This document shows, in pieces, positions 57,458-64,000 of a DNA stretch of 64,000 nt. Source of the DNA: an uncultured Dehalococcoidia bacterium (GTDB lineage Bacteria; Chloroflexota; Dehalococcoidia; Lucifugimonadales; CATQGZ01). The stretch is taken from contig CAZMZE010000063.1 of the NCBI GenBank assembly GCA_964570875.1, positions 9,445 through 73,444 of the forward strand. Reading direction: 5' to 3'. The notes beneath the pieces were generated by a model that was not told where the DNA came from, made no database searches, and saw only the letters and a list, made by a program, of their open reading frames with translations. The translations under genes were made by a program, and so were the position numbers. The stretch's first letter is position 1. Every line of letters starts with the position of its first letter.

Positions 57458-60400
57458 CTATTCCCAATTTTTTGCAGGAGGCATGTAGGGTGATAATGGA
57501 ATTATGTCTATATGTTCCACCTCTACGTTCATTGTTCCTTTGATTCGTGACACTTTCCCATACACAGTGATTAGAGTTTCCATGATTGCCATACGATAGA
57601 TTTTGAAAACAGATGGATTTATGATGAGCGGAGTGTGGCCAAATTCATCTTCCAATGTCAGGAAGATCATATTTGTGCTAGTTGGACGTTGTCTGCGGAT
57701 GACTAATCCAGATGTGATTACGTAACTCCCATGGCTTAGAGTGGAGATAGTATTGCTAGAGACGGCTTTTGGATGAAGAGATTGCCTTAAATGGGCCATT
57801 ATATGACTTCTGGGATGCAGTCCCATGCTTTGATATTCGCCCATCATCTCGTCCCAATCAGTCATTTTGGATAATGCAGGAACGTCTTGCTGAATTGGTA
57901 AAGGAAGTGCTGGTTGGAGTTCTCTAGGTCGGTGTAGGAGGCCTATCTCCCATAAAGCTGATCTCCTGTCAGATATCAGCGAGTCGAAGGCTCCCGCCAA
58001 GACCAAATTTTCAAGTGAGTCACGATTAATGAATGTGCGATTTAACATATCGGAGATGCTTTTGAAATTGCCAAATTTTCTTGCATTAAGGATTGATTCG
58101 GCCGTAGGTATTCCGATCCCATCCACCGACAGGAGTCCCATAAGAACAGAATTGTTCTTGGGGATACAGATATTTTCACTAATGTTTATGTGAGGATTGA
58201 GTATTTCTACATCATGGCGCTTGGCATCTTCTTTGAGAGTTTCTAAGCTGTAGAAACCCATTGGCTGTTGGTTGAATATGGCTACAAAAAACTCTGTAGG
58301 GTAATAATATTTTAGCCAGGACATCTGGTAGGCAGTTATGCCAAAAGCATAGGCATGTGATTCTGGAAACATGTATTGTCCTGAGAATTTCCGGAAGATT
58401 TTCTCAGCCACTGATTCAGGAACCCCAAGCTTGCTAGATCCCCTGCGGAATTTATTTCGATACATTTCGATTAAATCTCTGTTATTGGCACGACTAAAAG
58501 CCCTTCTCAGATTATCCGCTTCGCCTGGCGTAAATCCTCCCACATCTATGGCAAGTTGATTAACTTGATCTTGGAAAAGGATTACTCCATGTGTTCTTTC
58601 TAGCGCACGCTTTTCCAGTGGATGATCAAATTCCCAGGAGATTCCATTAGATAATCTGTCAATGAACATGCTTATTCCATTATTAACTCCCACACCAGGG
58701 CGTACTGCTGCTACTTCATAGGCCATTTCTTGGAGGTTTTTGGGACGGATACGAATGATAGTTTGCATTTGTGCGGCTGACTCTATCTGGAATATCCCTA
58801 TAGTGTCAGCTGAGTGAAGGGATGAATATACGTTCGAATCTTCGAAATCTATACGTGAGAGGTCAATGTATTTCCCAGTACGTTTTTCAATCAAATTCAA
58901 TATGTCTTGCATTTGAGAAAGAGTCCCCAAGGCCAGAAAGTCTATTTTTATAAATCCGGCATCTTCTACACTGCTTTTGTCCCAATGGCATATATACCGG
59001 TTTTCAATCGCACCGGGTTGTGCGGGCACAATATCTGTCAATGGAGTTGAGCTTATGATTATGCCTCCTGGGTGTTGAGCTAGATATTTAGGGAATCCAT
59101 ATAATTGGGATACTAGATACGCTAGGTTATTCCACACTGGGTTTTGTAATTTGTGCATGAATTCTGGTGAAGAAGACAATTCATGTTTGATTTTCTGTGG
59201 CTGATATGATGTTATGGTTTTGGTAAGTTTATTGATGTCTTCTTTAGGGATTGAAAGAATTTTCCCCATGTCTCGGATACATCCCTTGAGTTTGTACCTA
59301 CTGATCATTCCTGTGATCAAAGCATGATCCCACCCCCACTTGCTCTGAACTTGTTTTATTAACTCTTCACGGATGTTTCTTGGAAAGTCGATATCTATGT
59401 CTGGTACATGTCCCAGATCATCGTTCATAAATCGTTCAATCGACAGGTTGTACACCATAGGGTCTATATGAGACAGACCTATCAAATATCCTGTTAACAT
59501 AGCCACTGATGATCCTCTGCCGCGGCCAGGCGACCTTTCCTCCAACGGAATTTCTGAATCGCTTAGTCCAAGTTGGATCATGATGTTGCGAGCCATCAGA
59601 ATTATCTCGTGGTATATCAAAAAGAAACCTGCCAAATTATGCTTCTTGATCAATCTGAATTCTTCATTTAATCTTCGTGAGATGAGTGATGTGATCGAAC
59701 CGTATCTCCTAATTGCAGATTCGAAGCATAATTCTTCTAGATATTTTTGAGGCGTGTATCCAGAAGGTACTGGGTAGTCAGGGAACTCATATTTAAGATC
59801 ATGTTTCAAGTTAAAACTGCAACGTTCTGCTATTAATGGTGAGTTTGCAACGGCTTCAGGGATGTTTCGGAATAAAGTGGACATTTCAAGAGGAGTTTTC
59901 AAGAAGAAGTTACTGTTAGGCCGTCGTTCTAAATGGCTTTCTTCAAGGGTTTTGTTGTGTTTTACAGATACTAGTGCGTCTTGCAATTTATGACGTTCGC
60001 GTATGTGGTAGTGTACGTTGTTTGTTGCTACTAGGCTCACTCCCAATCTTTTGGCAAGCGAAATGAGAAGCCTGTTGCGCTCAGAGTCGCTGAAGACCAA
60101 ATTTTGCTGTAATTCCACAAAAACATTTTCTGGGCCAAATAATTCCAGATAACATTTCAAAATATCTTCAGCTTTTTTCGAATTCCCATTCATTAGAGCG
60201 TTAGGGATATTCCCTCTTGAACATCCAGTAAGTAAAATCAGCCCTTTGGTATGCGGTTCTAACAATTTGGGGTCAAGGTTAGGACTGCGTCTGTTGTTAT
60301 TGATTCTCGTGTGTGTGATCAAGTTGCATAGATTAGAATATCCTTCTGGTGTTTCAGCTAATAAAATCAAGTGGGAACCATCTTGTAAAGTAATTTCTGC

Positions 60401-60616
60401 ACCAGTGATTGGACGTATACCTATACTATTGGCAGTCTGCGAGAATTCCATGGCTCCACATAGATTGTCATGGTCTGTAAGAGCTAGTGATTTGTATCCT
60501 AGCTTCTCCGCATGAATAAGTAATTCGTATATGGAAGATGCTCCTTCTTGGAAGGAATAATTGCTGTGACAATGCAATTCGACATATTCACTGGTCATTC
60601 TTTTTGCTCGTACCAT
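57458..60616 (-). CDS. dnaE2: error-prone DNA polymerase III alpha paralog DnaE2 (ImuC)
   Basis: PHP N-terminus YVELHCHSNYSFQEGAS, about 1050 aa (DnaE2 size), immediately downstream of imuB. An alternative start at ATG 60598 forms an ATGA overlap with the 71-aa ORF. Confidence 0.9.
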   Translation of the reverse strand: MVRAKRMTSEYVELHCHSNYSFQEGASSIYELLIHAEKLGYKSLALTDHDNLCGAMEFSQTANSIGIRPITGAEITLQDGSHLILLAETPEGYSNLCNLITHTRINNNRRSPNLDPKLLEPHTKGLILLTGCSRGNIPNALMNGNSKKAEDILKCYLELFGPENVFVELQQNLVFSDSERNRLLISLAKRLGVSLVATNNVHYHIRERHKLQDALVSVKHNKTLEESHLERRPNSNFFLKTPLEMSTLFRNIPEAVANSPLIAERCSFNLKHDLKYEFPDYPVPSGYTPQKYLEELCFESAIRRYGSITSLISRRLNEEFRLIKKHNLAGFFLIYHEIILMARNIMIQLGLSDSEIPLEERSPGRGRGSSVAMLTGYLIGLSHIDPMVYNLSIERFMNDDLGHVPDIDIDFPRNIREELIKQVQSKWGWDHALITGMISRYKLKGCIRDMGKILSIPKEDINKLTKTITSYQPQKIKHELSSSPEFMHKLQNPVWNNLAYLVSQLYGFPKYLAQHPGGIIISSTPLTDIVPAQPGAIENRYICHWDKSSVEDAGFIKIDFLALGTLSQMQDILNLIEKRTGKYIDLSRIDFEDSNVYSSLHSADTIGIFQIESAAQMQTIIRIRPKNLQEMAYEVAAVRPGVGVNNGISMFIDRLSNGISWEFDHPLEKRALERTHGVILFQDQVNQLAIDVGGFTPGEADNLRRAFSRANNRDLIEMYRNKFRRGSSKLGVPESVAEKIFRKFSGQYMFPESHAYAFGITAYQMSWLKYYYPTEFFVAIFNQQPMGFYSLETLKEDAKRHDVEILNPHINISENICIPKNNSVLMGLLSVDGIGIPTAESILNARKFGNFKSISDMLNRTFINRDSLENLVLAGAFDSLISDRRSALWEIGLLHRPRELQPALPLPIQQDVPALSKMTDWDEMMGEYQSMGLHPRSHIMAHLRQSLHPKAVSSNTISTLSHGSYVITSGLVIRRQRPTSTNMIFLTLEDEFGHTPLIINPSVFKIYRMAIMETLITVYGKVSRIKGTMNVEVEHIDIIPLSPYMPPAKNWE

Positions 60617-60810
60617 AAATTGTTAATCAAGTTTCGGAACAACGTTATTCTGTAACCATTTTTTAAGATCAACCGATAGTATCTTCGAGCAATTGGAGAT
60701 TCCATCCACCATTCCTCTGAGATCTCCCAGATATTTTCTATGGAAAGTATTTCGTGCATCTGCCGATTGAGCAATATGGTTTTTGGTCTATGTTGAAGAT
60801 CCTCATGCAC
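60595..60810 (-). CDS. ImuB C-terminal-region-like ORF (71 aa), separated from imuB by a stop and a -1 frame change
   Basis: IWEISEEWWMESPIARRYYRLILKNGYRITLFRN resembles the (ERI..WW...RdYy....G...lfr) tail that I recall at the end of full-length ImuB proteins. Its TGA overlaps a dnaE2 ATG. Confidence 0.5.
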   Translation of the reverse strand: MHEDLQHRPKTILLNRQMHEILSIENIWEISEEWWMESPIARRYYRLILKNGYRITLFRNLINNLWYEQKE

Positions 60811-60830
60811 TTGTATACGATTTGGTTGAT

Positions 60831-62003
60831 TTAATATGCGAATTGGATCAAAGCCTGCCTTCTTTCAGGTATTCGAGACCAAGGGTCAACTTTAATTACT
60901 CTGTATATAGGAGGTTTGATTCTCAGACGTGCCTCTAACTGAATTAATGTTTCTTTTAACTGGTCATGTTTTCGAACATCCGTAAGCATACTTTTCTGGA
61001 TTCCTGCTTCGTAAGATATCTCTGTTGCGCTAATTTTCAATCCTTCGATGGGACCAGGGAATTTGATTGTATTCATACTGTTTTTGAGGGCAAACATGGC
61101 TTTCTCTGCTGTATTTACAGGGCTCTTGAAGACAATTTTTCTGTACCAATTTGCACAGTTAAGAATAATTGCTTCAATTACAATTGATCTAATGTACTTG
61201 CCTTTGAGATCTGAGCTTGCGAAAATTTTTTTCAAAAGAGTGCTTAGGGCAGGAATAATTATCGAGAAAGTTATCGCAGGTGCAGGAAATGTGACCGACT
61301 GTACTATTGGATTAATATTCTTCATAGGGGTTAATGATCGGTCGTCTATACCATTAGATAATTCCCATGCCAATTTCCCTTCAGGTCCGAACTGTGCTTG
61401 AAGAGAGCCTAGAGGTATCTTAGCTAATTGGCCCATGGTATTTAGGCCGAATTTTTTGAGCTGATCTTTTTTATTTGAAGATATTGGCAGTAATGTGATC
61501 GGAAGTTTTGCAAAGAAATTTGGGATGTCAATTGGGATTTGAGTTGCCTGATTGGCATTACTTGTGACTGCTGTAATATATGCAGGGAATTTTGATTCAG
61601 CCAATCCTATTCGAGGGTTAAATGCTATTGGGATTTCCTTCAGGAATGATGAAGCGATCATGAGTTCGTCGCTGAGAGGATCATTAATCTCCAAATAAAT
61701 ACACCCAAATCCTGAAAGTTCTATACGAGGGATTTTCTGAATCATAGGCATCATTGTTTTATTGAACATTTCGTTGCAGTAATCTTCATCAAATTCTATC
61801 AATATAGCTTTATTGCAGATTGAAAGAGCATCTCGAATGGACATTCCTGATGTGACTCCATAAGCTTCCGGCGATGAGTCAAAAGCCACTAACCCTTTAG
61901 AGGATTCTTTGGTAATTATCACTGGTTGCTTGTAAATTTCAGGATGCCGCATAAGTTCCGATTTGACTGGCATATGAGTTATAAGGACACACGCGATTTG
62001 CAT
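60831..62003 (-). CDS. imuB: ImuB (catalytically inactive Y-family polymerase-like), N-terminal 390 aa
   Basis: Y-family fold pattern without the DxD/FFxxVE acidic catalytic residues (IACVLITHMPVKSEL). Located upstream of dnaE2. Confidence 0.8.
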   Translation of the reverse strand: MQIACVLITHMPVKSELMRHPEIYKQPVIITKESSKGLVAFDSSPEAYGVTSGMSIRDALSICNKAILIEFDEDYCNEMFNKTMMPMIQKIPRIELSGFGCIYLEINDPLSDELMIASSFLKEIPIAFNPRIGLAESKFPAYITAVTSNANQATQIPIDIPNFFAKLPITLLPISSNKKDQLKKFGLNTMGQLAKIPLGSLQAQFGPEGKLAWELSNGIDDRSLTPMKNINPIVQSVTFPAPAITFSIIIPALSTLLKKIFASSDLKGKYIRSIVIEAIILNCANWYRKIVFKSPVNTAEKAMFALKNSMNTIKFPGPIEGLKISATEISYEAGIQKSMLTDVRKHDQLKETLIQLEARLRIKPPIYRVIKVDPWSRIPERRQALIQFAY

Positions 62004-62034
62004 TATTCTTCAAAACCCTGGAAAGTGAAATTTA

Positions 62035-62062
62035 ATAATACGCACAAATGTTCTATTGTCAA
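62035..62062 (-). promoter_or_regulatory. imuB-dnaE2 promoter with embedded LexA/SOS-box-like operator
   Basis: The minus strand reads TTGACA-AT-AGAACATTTGTGCG-TATTAT. The spacer is 16 nt and the box lies at 62041-62054. The promoter ends about 32 nt upstream of the imuB ATG. Confidence 0.6.
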
Positions 62063-62187
62063 GCATGGGATTTGGGTTTTGGGCAATGGCTCTCATGTCG
62101 ATACTGAACTCAGAAATTTGCATTCGTTGACTGTTGAATTTAATGACACATATAATGTCGTCGGTCTGTTTTTAGAAGAGGTGTGGA

Positions 62188-62691
62188 ATGACTGGTCCTG
62201 AGATTGAACCACGTGCTGTACTCGATCAATTACACAAGAATGGCGTTACCCATGTAGTCTGGCTTCCAGATAGCGAGACTAGTTTCATGTACCGTGAAAT
62301 GATGGATGACCCAAATCTTGAATTAGTCCAAGTTGCGCGTGAAGGTGAGAGTATTGCAGTGGCTCTGGGATTGTGGATAGGAGGCAAGAAGCCTGTTGTT
62401 CTTATACAAAATACAGGATTGTTCGAATCTGGTGATTCGCTGAGAGCATTGGCCTTAGACATGAATATCCCTATGGTACTCATGATTGGGTACAGGGGAT
62501 GGACTCGTCATGGTATAACAAATGACTCAGCGGCACGTTTCACAGAACCGATTCTGAATGCGTGGGGTATAGAATACTACCTTGTGGAATCCGAACAGGA
62601 TGTAGACAGGATTTCGGTTTGTTTTGATCAGGTAGATAAGACTAATAGTCCGGTTGTCTGTCTTTTTGGAGCTGAATGGAGTCCGGGATAG
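62188..62691 (+). CDS. alpha (PYR-domain) subunit of a sulfopyruvate/phosphonopyruvate-decarboxylase-like TPP enzyme
   Basis: VVWLPDSETS..., catalytic Glu context AREGESIAVALG, LIQNTGLFESGD, 167 aa. Confidence 0.72.
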   Translation: MTGPEIEPRAVLDQLHKNGVTHVVWLPDSETSFMYREMMDDPNLELVQVAREGESIAVALGLWIGGKKPVVLIQNTGLFESGDSLRALALDMNIPMVLMIGYRGWTRHGITNDSAARFTEPILNAWGIEYYLVESEQDVDRISVCFDQVDKTNSPVVCLFGAEWSPG

Positions 62692-62804
62692 GATGTGTGT
62701 GATCCAGCTTTACTTTTGAATGGGCGAAGGTAGAGTTAGGATAGTGAACTATCTCAGAATAAGTTTGGACTCCAGTTTTCTGGGAGTAAATAGGATATTA
62801 GGAA

Positions 62805-63254
62805 TCAGTTATTCGCCTCAATTTCTAATACCTTGTTCAACCTTCTCTGATGACGCTCCTCTCCGCTAAATTTAGCAGAGAGGAAGACTGGTACGAGTTC
62901 CTTGACAATTTCCTCACCAACGATTTTTGCACCGATGCACAAAACATTCATATCATCGTGTTCGACTCCTTGATGTGCTGAATATATGTCGTGACATATA
63001 GCCGCTCTCACTCCATCAATCTTGTTGGCTGTAACCGATGCACCTACCCCGCTACCACATATCATGATTCCTTTTTCAGCATCTCCAGACGCGATTTTGC
63101 GCGCCAATATTACTGAGAAGTCCGGGTAATCGTCACTAGGATCAAAAGAATATGCCCCAACGTCGATAATTTCATGACTCATTGAATCAAGTATTTCCAA
63201 AATTATATTTTTCAAATGATATCCGGCGTGATCTGCCCCGACGGCAATTCTCAT
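62805..63254 (-). CDS. rpiB: ribose-5-phosphate isomerase B
   Basis: MRIAVGADHAGYHLK start, ICGSGVG motif, 149 aa. Confidence 0.9.
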   Translation of the reverse strand: MRIAVGADHAGYHLKNIILEILDSMSHEIIDVGAYSFDPSDDYPDFSVILARKIASGDAEKGIMICGSGVGASVTANKIDGVRAAICHDIYSAHQGVEHDDMNVLCIGAKIVGEEIVKELVPVFLSAKFSGEERHQRRLNKVLEIEANN

Positions 63255-63360
63255 ATCGAGCCTCTCTGGTTGGGTATGATGTTGCAGTGTATGAATATCT
63301 GAATACTGACGTCAACTGTACAGATAGTTGATGATCAATATATGCTAGACTTTTAACATT

Positions 63361-63609
63361 ATGTCTGACATTAATTTAAATAATGAAAATATTACTTTTG
63401 AACAGGCTTTATCCAAGCTTGATGAGGCAGTGAAAGCCATAGAGGCAGGAGGTTTGACACTTTCACAGTCTACTCAATTGTTTGAAGAGGGAATGAAGCT
63501 TGCGCGAATTTGTAGCGATATGCTGACTTCCGCAGAGCTTAAGATATCTCGAATACGTACCGCTTATGGAGAGCAGACGGATATGACGGAAGATGAGATG
63601 ACTTCATGA
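63361..63609 (+). CDS. xseB: exodeoxyribonuclease VII small subunit
   Basis: FEQALSKLDEAVKAIEAGGLTLSQSTQLFEEGMKLARIC pattern, 82 aa. Confidence 0.88.
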   Translation: MSDINLNNENITFEQALSKLDEAVKAIEAGGLTLSQSTQLFEEGMKLARICSDMLTSAELKISRIRTAYGEQTDMTEDEMTS

Positions 63610-64000
63610 AAGAACGGATTATTAAGGCCGATTTTCACATGCATACTCATTTTTCTCCAGATTCAGAGATGTCTCCTACCGCGTTGGTGGAGCGTTGTTT
63701 AAAGGTTGGGCTCGAATGTATTGCTATAACTGATCACAACACTATAGATGGAGCCCTAGAGGTGAAGCGCATTGCTCCATTCAAAGTGATAGTAGGAGAG
63801 GAAATAGCCTCCTCGTCTGGCGAAATAACGGGTCTCTTTTTAAATGAATCCATTCCAAGAGGTCTGTCTCCAATAGAAACTGTCGAGCGCATAAAATCTC
63901 AAGGGGGCTTGGTGTCAATTCCTCACCCCTATGATAGATTTCGTCGAGAAGTAATTACTCGTGCGGGAATCAGTGAAGTTATACCGTACGCAGACATAGT
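63606..64000 (+). CDS. PHP-domain metal-dependent phosphoesterase (3' end cut by window edge)
   Basis: My translation from the ATG at 63606 (ATGA overlap with the xseB stop) gives MKERIIKADFHMHTHFSPDS...ITDHNTIDGA...IPHPYD, with typical PHP histidine motifs. Confidence 0.75.
   Translation, partial: MKERIIKADFHMHTHFSPDSEMSPTALVERCLKVGLECIAITDHNTIDGALEVKRIAPFKVIVGEEIASSSGEITGLFLNESIPRGLSPIETVERIKSQGGLVSIPHPYDRFRREVITRAGISEVIPYADI

Noticed and set aside
60834-60864. Programmed -1 ribosomal frameshift joining the two imuB pieces
   Set aside because: The 31-nt frame overlap (AAGAAGGCAGGCTTTGATCCAATTCGCATAT) contains no X-XXY-YYZ slippery heptamer and no obvious downstream stem-loop. A simple indel or a genuine split is more parsimonious.
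62692-62733. Possible remnant of a deleted beta-subunit gene just after the TPP alpha-subunit stop (reads DVCD... versus MIDVYE... in the beta gene at 31638)
   Set aside because: Only about 4 similar residues, followed by a stop after 13 codons. This is indistinguishable from chance.
1-64000. CRISPR arrays, IS elements, integrases, prophage or a defence island
   Set aside because: I could see no short direct-repeat/spacer periodicity. No transposase, recombinase or phage-like ORF appears in the track. The only sizeable repeat is the cyclophilin tandem duplication.

Overview
This 64 kb window looks like ordinary chromosome from a compact, fairly AT-rich bacterium. About 55 genes are tightly packed, many with GTG/TTG starts and 1-8 nt overlaps. 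I found no rRNA, tRNA, CRISPR array, transposase, integrase or phage genes. Lineage is inferred only: a 'Chlor_Arch_YYY' (DUF2298) membrane protein, an F420-type LLM oxidoreductase, a fused AccD-AccA, and many enolase, crotonase, acyl-CoA ligase, PhyH, amidase, NHL and MFS paralogs suggest a marine Chloroflexota, possibly SAR202-like.

Housekeeping genes recognised: serS, ftsK, rnj, family-4 UDG, selB, alaS, ruvX, acpP, nusB, fabD, rpmF, yceD, rpiB, xseB.

Main observations:
1. An imuB-dnaE2 mutagenesis cassette has a near-consensus promoter whose spacer holds a Gram-positive-type SOS box. The imuB reading frame is split into 390-aa and 71-aa pieces.
2. The same -35/operator layout occurs 6 kb away, upstream of an untracked 52-codon CxxC...CxxC zinc-ribbon ORF. 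That ORF lies between a PAL-like NHL lyase gene and a PhyH dioxygenase gene.
3. A NurA-like nuclease is paired with an unknown 163-aa protein and has no HerA nearby.
4. The two subunits of a sulfopyruvate/phosphonopyruvate-decarboxylase-like TPP enzyme are encoded 30 kb apart.
5. A recent tandem cyclophilin duplication shows divergence concentrated in one loop.
6. A secreted vWA-like protein carries a TM helix and an FHA-like tail.

All functional calls come from motif recognition by eye. None has been checked against a database.
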